Shown: positions 38,543 to 47,859 of the stretch, piece by piece | Numbering within the stretch: position 1 is the first letter of the stretch | How the letters are laid out: each line of letters starts with the position of its first letter | Source: a virus | Lineage: Duplodnaviria > Heunggongvirae > Uroviricota > Caudoviricetes | Virus record (IMG/VR): IMGVR_UViG_3300021138_000001 | Reading direction: 5' to 3' (one strand) | DNA: 64,000 nt | Notes under the pieces: generated by a model | Told to the model about the DNA's origin: nothing | The model's database searches: none | What the model saw: only the letters and a program-made list of their open reading frames with translations | Translations under genes and position numbers: made by a program

Positions 38543-39386
38543 AATTAATATCGCCGTCCTTTTTTGTGGTAGTTTCACGCCATTTCGATATTCTTTGTTT
38601 CTTTTTTTCTTCAGATTCTTTTAATCTATATAATTTTTGGCTGTCTGATATTTTTTTCTTAACTTCTGGTGTATTAGTATTGGGTGTGTTTTTAACTAAG
38701 CCTTTTAACCAACCATCTGGTATAATGTCATTTGATCCAAACATCTTACCCATTTTAGTTAAAGGATTATGATAACAAACTTTACCCTTTTTACTATCTG
38801 ATATCTTCGTATTAGGTCCTCTTTTTTTTGAAAGTCTATTTTTAGGATATGGTTTAGGAACCCATTGTGAACATAGTTGAATTCTATCATTTAACAACTT
38901 TAAAATTCTTTTATATGATCTATTTCTATTCATTAAAATTTTAATATATTTCTCAAGAATAGGTATTTTAGATGGATGTAGTTTAAAATTTTTATTTCTA
39001 ACGTTTTTAATTAAATTTTGTAAAGTTTTGGTTCTTTTTACTTTTTCACGAATTTTACCTATTTTCATAGGATTTTCATCAAATTTTTTAAAAGCAGGCG
39101 CACAATGTGCATTCAAGAAATGTGGGTTTTTGTGTACTTTTACTTTACTCAAAAACTTATATTCATGTAAAATTGCATCATCTATATTATCAAAAACCCT
39201 ACATATTTTTATTATATCGGGGTTACCATTATTTTTTACAAATTCTTTAACTATAGTAGAAGATGTGAAATATTCAACCCAAATATCACCAACATATGAT
39301 TTTTTAGATATTCTGACACCATAATACCAAATTTTATATTTAGACCAACCTATAGCATAAGTATAAGGTTTATAGATTTTATTCAT
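38532..39386 (-). mobile_element. GIY-YIG-variant homing endonuclease between gp44 split-intein halves
   Basis: PYTYAIGW...WYYGVR, YFTSS, HEYKFL, FLN; late promoter 39409-39416; GGAG RBS before ATG 39386. Confidence 0.85.
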
Positions 39387-39433
39387 GATCGACTCCATAT
39401 TACAAATCTATTTATAAGATGAAGCCGATTATT

Positions 39434-40066
39434 TTAATCCTTTTCGATAATTATTTTAAATTCGTCTAAACCTTCACTTATTGTTCTAGTAACGATATTA
39501 CCTTCCTTATCTTGACAGATTAGTGGATGATCTTCTGTACATCGGATTGTTTTTCCACATTCAAGCACAATTTCATAGACCATTTTATTTGTTCTATTCG
39601 CTATTTCTGCAGTATCTTCTTCAAAAATGTGTGTTTCGGTATTAAAAGAAATCACATTATATTCTAGGCCGTCTTTCATATCGCCAAGACGCACGAGTTC
39701 GCCGTTTGAAAGTTTAATAAATTCGTTCTCATCTAGACAGTTTAGATAATCTGCTTCGTCAAGAATTACATATTTACGGCCACCAGAAAAAGAAACTGAT
39801 GATGCGAAGTTTTGAATTTCGGTACGTAAGGTATCGATGTTACCATTCATCGATCCGTTGATTACGATATAATCACAACCAAGTTCTTCTAGCATAGCTC
39901 GCGCTACTGTAGTCTTACCTACACCAGCAGAACCACATAGAATTAGATTTGGAATATTCTTATTGTCTACAAATTGCTGAAACATATTCTTCAAATCCTC
40001 TGGAAGAATAGTCTCAGCAATTGTCTTTGGGCGATATTTTTCACACCACAAAAATTCATCATTCAT
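39434..40066 (-). CDS. gp44: Clamp loader large subunit N-terminal part with ~101-aa intein N-fragment
   Basis: WCEKYRP, GSAGVGKTT, ILDEADYLN|CLDENEF...IRCTEDHPL. Confidence 0.94.
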   Translation of the reverse strand: MNDEFLWCEKYRPKTIAETILPEDLKNMFQQFVDNKNIPNLILCGSAGVGKTTVARAMLEELGCDYIVINGSMNGNIDTLRTEIQNFASSVSFSGGRKYVILDEADYLNCLDENEFIKLSNGELVRLGDMKDGLEYNVISFNTETHIFEEDTAEIANRTNKMVYEIVLECGKTIRCTEDHPLICQDKEGNIVTRTISEGLDEFKIIIEKD

Positions 40067-40098
40067 AATATAAATTACTCCACTAAAACATTATACAA

Positions 40099-41268
40099 TT
40101 AGGAAAGCATTTCGGGAGTCACTACGACTTCTCCAACCTTTCCATACTTATCATGGTATGTTATACCAGATGCTTGCCGTTCTGACAACCAACCTCCGCG
40201 TGCAGCATATGCATCAGATGCAGCTAGAGTTGGATGTTGAATAACTTTGGCACCAGGATATTCCTTGACATCTTCATGATGATAATGACCACAATGAATA
40301 TATGTCTTAGTAGCTGCACCCCATTCTTTACGGAACTTAGCAGCAAATAGAAGAGGTAAACCTTCCTTCTTCTTTTTATGGCCGTGTGAGAACCCAATAA
40401 GAGTTTCGCCATGAGTATAGATATAATATGGTGTTTCGCTATCGTTAATAGTTAGTCTAGGTTCATCGCGGTAAAGTTTCTTGAATAGCTTACGTAGCCA
40501 AACAGAACCACCCATATCATGGTTTCCTTCAGCAAGAACAAGATGAACTTCTTCGTGCTTCATCAGAGCAATATCGACAACTCGGCATAGAACATCAATA
40601 GTAGCTTCAACTACTTGGGAATAATTACCAGCATTATCAACAATATGACCAGAAGTCGGAGTTACTGGCGCTAGACCATCAAAATGTAAGAAGTCTCCTA
40701 GCTGATTAATAACACAGACCTTTGCTGCAGGAGACATCGAAATCATTTGTTCAAAACAACCAATAAGAACATTGGTTGCAATTTCAATATTCCAATCAGC
40801 ACCAGCTTCCTTATACCAAGCTAACATACCCATATGATAGTCGGTGAAAGTATAAAGATTGCACAGAGAAGAAGTTGTGTATAGGGGCTTTTTGATTGCT
40901 GGTGTGCGAGGACGTTCCTTCGCTAGAGCATTTTCGATGGCATCAATCAGAATCTTGAACTTAGCTTGTTCATCTGGCTTTGATTGAATCCACTGTTGGG
41001 CTACTGAACCATCGTCACGATAGTTAGTAGAAACCTTGGTTACGAAGAATCCGTCTGGAACGGTCTTGTCCATATTATATTCTGGAGCGTAACCACGAAG
41101 TGCGGCTCGTTCCTTAAGTCTACGAATTGAGGCGCGGATTGCATCCCTGCCCATTTTCATTTCTTGTTCAGCTTTATGAAAGCTCCCTAAACGATTTACA
41201 GCTTCGATATAGGTTTTTTGAGATTCATTTGCATATTCGGATAATTCTGGATCGACAATGTATGACAT
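40099..41268 (-). CDS. Metallophosphoesterase-fold protein with N-terminal helical domain
   Basis: TDYHMG, LGDFLH.D, EGNHD, HGH, GHYHH motifs. Confidence 0.75.
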   Translation of the reverse strand: MSYIVDPELSEYANESQKTYIEAVNRLGSFHKAEQEMKMGRDAIRASIRRLKERAALRGYAPEYNMDKTVPDGFFVTKVSTNYRDDGSVAQQWIQSKPDEQAKFKILIDAIENALAKERPRTPAIKKPLYTTSSLCNLYTFTDYHMGMLAWYKEAGADWNIEIATNVLIGCFEQMISMSPAAKVCVINQLGDFLHFDGLAPVTPTSGHIVDNAGNYSQVVEATIDVLCRVVDIALMKHEEVHLVLAEGNHDMGGSVWLRKLFKKLYRDEPRLTINDSETPYYIYTHGETLIGFSHGHKKKKEGLPLLFAAKFRKEWGAATKTYIHCGHYHHEDVKEYPGAKVIQHPTLAASDAYAARGGWLSERQASGITYHDKYGKVGEVVVTPEMLS

Positions 41269-41299
41269 TTTATATTCACCTTATGTTATATGTGTGTAG

Positions 41300-41328
41300 A
41301 GTATACACCGTATTTAGGTAAAAATCAA
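41300..41328 (-). promoter_or_regulatory. Sigma70-type early promoter
   Basis: TTGATT-17-TATACT upstream of 41268 ORF. Confidence 0.6.
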
Positions 41329-41334
41329 GAAAAA

Positions 41335-41409
41335 TGGTCCGGGTGGCTGGGATTGAACCAACGACCCCTCGCTCCCAAAGCGAGTGCTCTACCTCTGAGC
41401 TACACCCGG
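41335..41409 (-). tRNA. tRNA-Pro (UGG)
   Basis: TT-TGG-GA loop, 7-bp acceptor stem, CCA. Confidence 0.95.
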
Positions 41410-41416
41410 ATAATAT

Positions 41417-41446
41417 TGGAGTTCCTGATGGGATTCGAACCCACAC
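41417..41446 (-). pseudogene. tRNA 3'-half remnant (T-arm, acceptor strand, CCA)
   Basis: GTGGGTTCGAATCCCATCAGGAACTCCA with no upstream D or anticodon arm. Confidence 0.6.
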
Positions 41447-41464
41447 ATATCTCATTATATTAGA

Positions 41465-41539
41465 TGGAGGCTTGACCGAGAATCAAACTCGGATAGAAGG
41501 TTTTGCAGACCTTTGCATAAATCATTCTGCCATCAAGCC
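41465..41539 (-). tRNA. tRNA-Cys (GCA)
   Basis: CT-GCA-AA loop, GGCTTGA/TCAAGCC stem, CCA. Confidence 0.9.
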
Positions 41540-41636
41540 GTATAATTCATTGAATTTTTCTATATTTTCTTGTAACTCTTTTAAAGTTATAAAACTTTTT
41601 GTGTTCTTTTTTTGATTATTGGTATGTCTTACCAAT

Positions 41637-42239
41637 TTACAATTTGCATTTTTTCTTATGAATTGTCATTGGACCTTTAGTTGTAATTAATCCACAATTA
41701 CATTTTATTTTTTTATTATTAATGCTATTTATGCTTAAAGACGAAGCTTTACCAGCAATTCCAGTCTGAAATCCAGATGTTTTTAGTTCTCCAGTTTTTC
41801 TACCGCCATTACCGGTCTTATTATATTTTAATAAATTTGTTATAGCAACTTTACCACCAAGATGACCATAAAAACTTCTTTCTTCTTTAGAAAATGTACT
41901 AAATTTAGATATTCTTTTGTTTTTTTCATATGTCCAATTTAGTCCATGTTGATTAATATAACCAAATCCACCTTGGCCACCAACACACATATTATAAGTA
42001 TCTTCTCTTAAACAAAATTCTTCAGAAACTAATTCTTTTTCTTTAATATTCATTTCTTCTTCATTATCAAAAATGAATAAAAATTCTTTTACAAAATTTT
42101 CAATACCATATTTTTTAATAGCACGTTTAAGATGTTTCCCAGAACCCATATAATTGTCATTTATATTTTTAGTTTGGTGTTTACCAATATAAATCTTGTT
42201 ATCTAATATATTAGTAATTTTATATATAGTGTAAAACAA
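41637..42239 (-). mobile_element. Seg-like GIY-YIG homing endonuclease in tRNA cluster
   Basis: YTIYKITN.L..KIYIGKHQT, YMGSG, E..L, YN motifs; TTG start. Confidence 0.88.
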
Positions 42240-42246
42240 AGTTATT

Positions 42247-42300
42247 CCCCGAAGTTATATAGCAAGTTTTATTGACATTACTATTTATATAACTTCGGGG
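42247..42300 (-). promoter_or_regulatory. 15-bp perfect inverted repeat covering a late promoter and the endonuclease RBS
   Basis: CCCCGAAGTTATATA (42247-61) and TATATAACTTCGGGG (42286-300); TATAAATA at 42282-89. Confidence 0.85.
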
Positions 42301-42306
42301 CGCGTG

Positions 42307-42392
42307 CGGAAAGCTGAAGTGTCGATCTCCATACCGGTCAAGGTACCACTAGTTTTCAAGACTAGGTCAGCCGCCGGGCTGATTAACTTTCC
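42307..42392 (-). tRNA. tRNA-Ser (UGA), CCA not encoded
   Basis: CT-TGA-AA loop, long variable arm, GGAAAGT/GCTTTCC acceptor stem, ATCG T-loop. Confidence 0.85.
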
Positions 42393-42399
42393 TTAATAT

Positions 42400-42864
42400 T
42401 TATTTGTGTTGATCTAAATCTATATGATGTACATCAACATGACTATCGCCCCTAAGATGTGCCGCCATAACTGCATGGTGACCATCTACCACATACCGTT
42501 TGCCTTTGTGAGTAGCAACTCGAATGTGACTAGGATTCTTTTCTGCAATCTTATCCTTTACTCTATCAGGATTATCCGTCCTATTAAAGGGTTGTGTTGC
42601 ATGTAAAGATTTAACTTCCATCCTTTCTGGCTTATAATGTGTCTGGTGCCCAGAATTATAAAACGGAGCAACTCTATCTAATTTTCTTTCGACAGAATCA
42701 ACAGATTTTCTATTATAAGATGAAAGGGGAACATGTTTTCCCTTTTCGGCTTTTAACCATTTGCCGTAATTGGTTCTCTTACCATAACGCCTTGCAACTC
42801 TATGTGCAAGTTTTTCTGGATCAACTTTACGATCTTCGTTTAAAAAGCCTAAAAATGATAACAT
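42400..42864 (-). CDS. ParB/Srx-like domain protein with capsid-targeting-like N-terminus
   Basis: MLSFLGFLNED start; RYVVDGHHAVMAA; late promoter 42886-42893. Confidence 0.65.
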   Translation of the reverse strand: MLSFLGFLNEDRKVDPEKLAHRVARRYGKRTNYGKWLKAEKGKHVPLSSYNRKSVDSVERKLDRVAPFYNSGHQTHYKPERMEVKSLHATQPFNRTDNPDRVKDKIAEKNPSHIRVATHKGKRYVVDGHHAVMAAHLRGDSHVDVHHIDLDQHK

Positions 42865-42901
42865 TATTTTCTCCAAATAAAAATATATTTATAGAAAATG
42901 A

Positions 42902-42977
42902 TGGCTGGATAGACAGGGCTCGAACCTGTGACATTCTGGTTAACAGCCAGACGCTCTACCAACTGAGCTACTATCCA
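42902..42977 (-). tRNA. tRNA-Asn (GUU)
   Basis: CT-GTT-AA loop, canonical arms, CCA. Confidence 0.95.
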
Positions 42978-42987
42978 TCATAATATA

Positions 42988-43653
42988 TTATTTAGTCTTT
43001 GCTTCAGTAGCAACCCAATACGTTAGTGGTAATCCAGAGTATTTATCAATTGTCGCAAACTTTACTACACCATCACCAACAGTAACACGATAATTATCCT
43101 TAATAAACTTAAAATTTTCTGGCTTAAAGAAAATTTTAAAATTCTTATCTGTCTCACCAACGTCCATACTAAACATATCAGCAGACGGCGTTTTTGGGTT
43201 TACCGCACGAACTGATAGTGTGCCTTCATCACCAATAAAAGAAATCATTGGCATCTGAAGAATAGAACCAGCTTCCTTTAGCTTAGAAAGTTGTTCATTA
43301 GTTAAGTCAAATTCTACTACAATATCATCAAATACAATCTCAGACCTAAGAGGATAAGCAATCATCGACTCTGAAGCATAAACATAATTAATGCGTTGCT
43401 TACCAGAACTAATGGTAACAAAATCTTCTTGGAAATCAAAGTCTGGATCATCAAACAGCGAAATTGTACCCAAGAACCTTGATAGATCATATATACAGAA
43501 CTTTTCTGAAAATCTATCTCGAATCTCTGCCGTCGCAAGGATTGTCTTAGCGGTGTTGGTAGTACTAAGAACATTCCCTGGACGAACAAAGATAGAGGTA
43601 TTGATAGTTGAAAAATTCTTTAAGATTTGTAGAGTACGTTCACTCAATTTCAT
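42988..43653 (-). CDS. gp45: Sliding clamp
   Basis: MKLSERTLQILKNFSTIN.SI, F.IYDL.RFL motifs; next to gp44/62. Confidence 0.95.
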   Translation of the reverse strand: MKLSERTLQILKNFSTINTSIFVRPGNVLSTTNTAKTILATAEIRDRFSEKFCIYDLSRFLGTISLFDDPDFDFQEDFVTISSGKQRINYVYASESMIAYPLRSEIVFDDIVVEFDLTNEQLSKLKEAGSILQMPMISFIGDEGTLSVRAVNPKTPSADMFSMDVGETDKNFKIFFKPENFKFIKDNYRVTVGDGVVKFATIDKYSGLPLTYWVATEAKTK

Positions 43654-43687
43654 AATATATCCTCTAGGTCGTTAAATCATAGATCAT

Positions 43688-43716
43688 AATATAGCTTATA
43701 TTTTATTATATGTCAA
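43688..43716 (-). promoter_or_regulatory. Sigma70-type early promoter upstream of gp45
   Basis: TTGACA-17-TATATT. Confidence 0.7.
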
Positions 43717-43736
43717 TCACTTATAAAAAGTGTATT

Positions 43737-44887
43737 TTAGCGTTTCTTACCTAGTTTACTTGGATCGACAGTTGCGGCAGCACCAACAGAAGCCAGATCA
43801 GCGAGAGAACCACCGAAGATGTAAGAACCAACATGTTGTAGCTGAACCCAAGGAGCCAACCAAACCTTAATACCAGCCTTACGAGCCTTTTGGCAGAACC
43901 AATAATCTTCTGATAGATAACGCTTAGATTCTGGATCGATTTCAGCTTGGAAGAATTGAAGAATTTCACGCGAACCATCAAAGGCTGCAGTACGAACATG
44001 GTCTGGGCGATATGAATACTCAGGATAGGTTTCAGCAAACTTCAGAACGGCTGACTTCTTAATCATCATGAAACCAGTGCCAGATTCTAGAACTTCAACC
44101 GGCTCGCCGAGAGGAATTTCTGTAACACCGCCAACTGGATTGAAGACATAATCACCAACAAACTTTTCTAGAACATTTGCGTCTTCGTCAGCAATACCCA
44201 TATCGACAGCAGCCTTTACCTTTTCCCAAGAAATACACTTCTTTGGATATGGACCACACAAGATATCGTATTCACTATCTTCGCTCATCAATGCAAGGAA
44301 AGTGATAATATCTTGGGCATTAAATCCAATATCGGAGTCAATAAAGATCATATGAGTACAATCTGACCGTATGAATTCGTCCATGCAATAGTTGCGTGCG
44401 CGAGTAATTAGAGACTCGTTAAAGAGATAATAAAATCGTAGTTCGATTCCATAATGTACGGCTGCTGCTGCTAGATCATTAGTTGATCGACAGAACATAC
44501 CAGCACACTGACCCATTTATGTTCATTTGATTTCGTTAGAATCAAACCGTTTTTAAACTGCTTTATGTTTCCATAAAGATCAGACTATATCTTCACCCAT
44601 TATTGGGGCTATGCATTTCAGATCACTTGATCTTACTCCCTGTTGGGATAGTCGTTGAACCTTCACCGTATTGGCGCTTGGCTGCTGATTGTCCAATCCT
44701 ATAACTTTTTATAGCATTCATATCTTTTATGATATTGTAGCATATAGGCTCTAAGGAGTTTCCAGCAATTAACATAGTTATCTATACTTAATTACTCAAG
44801 TAAGAGGCAGTATTATTTACCATACATAGGTGCTGCAACAAAAAGCTTGCGCTTTCTTAGCTCGTTTATATCAATTTTTATTTCCAT
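43737..44887 (-). CDS. GT-A fold glycosyltransferase-like protein; two exons (44819-44887 and 43737-44513)
   Basis: Spliced reading MEIKIDINELRKRKLFVAAPMYG|GQCAGMF; ESLITRARN, FIDSD (DxD), GTGFMMI, SEDYWFC. Confidence 0.85.
44514..44818 (-). ncRNA. Group I self-splicing intron, 305 nt, no internal ORF
   Basis: P AATTGCTGGAAA, Q AATCAGCAG, R GTTCAACGACTA, S AAGATATAGTCT in order; 5' exon ends in U, intron ends in G; removal restores frame. Confidence 0.92.
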
Positions 44888-44914
44888 TTTAAATCCTTTC
44901 AATTTTTTCCATTT

Positions 44915-45641
44915 TTAGGTTTTATTCACACTTCTATAGAAATTTACTCTTCCGGTTTTATATCCCAAATTTAAATGTTGATCAACATTTTTTTGTTTAA
45001 TTCTAAAATTTTTATTATTAAAATTCATCCAAACAGTTTCTTTTGCAACATTTATTTCTAAACAAGCGTCTTTGTGTTTTTGTTTTTTTATAGGATCATT
45101 AAATTGTTCTTTTGTTTTATTTCTAAGATGTTCTCTATTTGATCCATCTACCATTCTTTTTTTGTTTATAATACGTAAATTATTTTTTTCTTGTTCTGTT
45201 ATATGTCTACCGTATCTTTTTTTACGTTCTTCCACAGAAACAATATCTTTAATTGATATTCCTTTATTATGGGGTGTTTGTCCAGGCTTAAATCTTCCAG
45301 AGTTTATGTCTTCCGATTTTACAATTTTTCCAGTAGTGTTTCTACCGTTTAGATATTTCTTATTGTTTTCTGCATTTATTTTTTTTTAAAACGGTTTGTT
45401 CCCAAATAAATGCAGAATTACAATCTTTAAATATTTTTCTTATTTGAATAATATTTGGAGAACCATGTTTTTCTGTATATTTTTTTACAATTTTACTCGA
45501 AGTAAAATATGTTATCCAAAGATCATTTGGGTGACATCCTTTGGCATAACGAACACCGTAATACCATTTATTTTCAGAAGACCATCCGATTAAATATGTA
45601 TAGGGTGTTCTATCCGTTGATGTGTGTTTATAAATAACCAT
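44915..45641 (-). pseudogene. Frameshifted GIY-YIG-variant homing endonuclease
   Basis: PYTYLIGW...WYYGVRY N-terminus; frame breaks in A9 run (45379-45387); one A fewer continues KKINAENNKKYLN into the 44915-45235 ORF; late promoter 45705-45712. Confidence 0.8.
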
Positions 45642-45717
45642 GCTGATTCTCCTAAACAGAATTAGAGTAGGTGGGATTCTTGGGTGTCTCCGCGACCTAC
45701 ATTCTATTTATAAAGAA

Positions 45718-46032
45718 TTATTTTTCACCTTTGGGTTGATTATATTCTGAGTCATGTACATATAGTTGCATGATGGCGTAATGAATAACTTTCATCATAT
45801 CTTTTCGCCAATCTACAGGGGTTCCCTTATGACCATAACGCTGAGCATACTTCAAAACATTTCCAACACAAAATCCGGTACCATGACCACCGTCAATAAT
45901 AAATTCTGTAGCTTGAAATTTATTTTGGGAATAATGCTGATTGTAGGTGTCATCAATATACTCCGTAATTTCGCGGAGAAGTTTTCCCTCGTTGTATTTA
46001 TATTCTAATTTAGTAATGTCGCGAACCAACAT
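45718..46032 (-). CDS. Conserved phage protein (DUF3310-like)
   Basis: QHYS, GFCVGNVLKYAQRYG.K...D..KVIHYA pattern. Confidence 0.7.
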   Translation of the reverse strand: MLVRDITKLEYKYNEGKLLREITEYIDDTYNQHYSQNKFQATEFIIDGGHGTGFCVGNVLKYAQRYGHKGTPVDWRKDMMKVIHYAIMQLYVHDSEYNQPKGEK

Positions 46033-46277
46033 TAAACATGTTCACCAATTGCAGTTAGATATAGGTCTAGGATAGCCTGTTCTTCTTGACGCTTTGCGCG
46101 ATCTTGCTTACGTAGACGAACAATTTTACGAACAACCTTACCATCAAAACCTTCACCCTTTAGTTCGGCATAGATTTCCTTACGGTCTACCTTTAGAGCG
46201 TCAAGATCTTCTTCTATGTTTTCAATACGCACAATAAAATCCTTTAGACGATTGGCAGAAACTGGAGTCTCATTCAT
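46032..46277 (-). CDS. gapR: GapR-like (DUF2312) nucleoid-associated DNA-binding protein
   Basis: RLKDFIVRIE.IEE......D.KEIYAE.KGEGFD.KVVRKIVRLRKQD...R.EE.AILDLY. Confidence 0.9.
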   Translation of the reverse strand: MNETPVSANRLKDFIVRIENIEEDLDALKVDRKEIYAELKGEGFDGKVVRKIVRLRKQDRAKRQEEQAILDLYLTAIGEHV

Positions 46278-46525
46278 TATATATTTCCTTTTTCAATTAT
46301 GTTGTTAAACCAAACTTCAACTTCAACAATACCACAATCTTCCCACATCTCATGATCTTGCTTTAAAGTTTCTATAGATGGGTATACGGTATTGCCGTAG
46401 TGATTTGAACCCAATTCACATTCCCAATCGATTTTGCACATATAACCGATCACCTTAGGTTCATTTACTGATCTATCACGACCCATAGGCCAAGATATTA
46501 ATTTTTCCTTAGAATCTTTTTCCAA
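46277..46525 (-). CDS. Hypothetical protein
   Basis: 82-aa ORF in operon. Confidence 0.55.
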   Translation of the reverse strand: MEKDSKEKLISWPMGRDRSVNEPKVIGYMCKIDWECELGSNHYGNTVYPSIETLKQDHEMWEDCGIVEVEVWFNNIIEKGNI

Positions 46526-46653
46526 TGTCTTTCAGCCTTATCTTTCTGCATAAAATCCGCAGCACCAATAAACGTTTGTCCAAATTCTATATGATCATAT
46601 TCAATATATTATATATAATTTGAGTTTGATGTCAATAAAATAGGAAATTTATT

Positions 46654-47352
46654 ATGTTAATTTATCTATATGTAAAACAATGCTCTCATTGTAATCTAAA
46701 ATATTTTGGTAAAACTACTAATAATAACCCGAAAAAATATCGCGGTTCAGGAAAATATTGGTCGCGCCACATTAAATCATATAATTCAACAGTTAAAACT
46801 ATTAATATTTGGAAATTTGATGATATTGATATATGCAATGCCTTTGCATTAAATTTTTCAAAAGAAAATAATATAGTCGAATCTGAAGAATGGGCAAATT
46901 TAATATTAGAAAATGGTATTGATGGATTTCCTCCCGGAATAGAATTTTCTAAAAAACATAAAAATAATATAAAATTAAATCATCGTGATGTTTCTGAAGA
47001 AAAAAACCCTATGTATGGAAAAAATCATACTGAAAAATCTAAACGATTAATGAGACAAAAAAGAAAAATATACTTTGAAAATGGAAATAAAGGATCAATG
47101 TATAAAAAACATCATACAGAACATACAAAAAATATTATAAGTAAAACTAGCAAAAATAGATTTGTAAATGGATCAAAAAGTTTAGAAAAAATATTAATTA
47201 CAAAATCTACTGGAACTTGGATTACTCCTTGGGGAACATTTTCTTCGGCTAATCAAGCTTCAAAATCCCCAAAGGCAAAATACTCAGCAAGTCATATTTT
47301 AAAACTGTGCAGAAACAACACTCAAGGTTATAGTTATTTACCTAAAATTTGA
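46654..47352 (+). mobile_element. GIY-YIG homing endonuclease with NUMOD3, opposite to flanking genes
   Basis: IYLYVK......LKYFGKT, YRGSG, WANL..E, NPMYGKNHTE motifs. Confidence 0.85.
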
Positions 47353-47859
47353 TAAGTTATATTTTATTCCTGTTTTTTTATTACATTTTTTTAATGACAT
47401 TTCTAATTCTAATTTAGAAACATAATCTTTCCAAGATTCACCATTAATGTGAGTCATTTCATGAAGGAAACATCGTGCAGTCATACCCTCAAATCTTAGA
47501 GTCTGTGCTGAGCCATTTGGATTGTTAAATCTAACTTTAATCCAAAGGGGGCGCTTCACCTTAACAAGCAATCCCGGATATGACAAACATCCCTCTTCAA
47601 GAGTTATCATTTCGTCTGATACATGAAGAATTTTTGGATTAATTACACAATAAATTGGCGAAGATTGCAATACAAAAATCTTGTATGGGTACCCAACTTG
47701 ATTTGCAGCCAATCCCAATCCACGATTTTCCCGCATAGCATCAACCATTTTATATGAAAAATTTATAATGTCAAATTGTGGATTTTTGAAATCAAATTTT
47801 TCACATGGTTGATGTAGTATAGGGTCATTGTAAGGGACTAATTTTAGTTTGTCAATCAT
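47338..47859 (-). CDS. def: Peptide deformylase
   Basis: GLGLAANQVG, EGCLSYP, HEMTH motifs. Confidence 0.93.
   Translation of the reverse strand: MIDKLKLVPYNDPILHQPCEKFDFKNPQFDIINFSYKMVDAMRENRGLGLAANQVGYPYKIFVLQSSPIYCVINPKILHVSDEMITLEEGCLSYPGLLVKVKRPLWIKVRFNNPNGSAQTLRFEGMTARCFLHEMTHINGESWKDYVSKLELEMSLKKCNKKTGIKYNLSNFR

Noticed and set aside
41334-41615. 93-aa plus-strand ORF
   Set aside because: It is the reverse complement of tRNA-Pro and tRNA-Cys.
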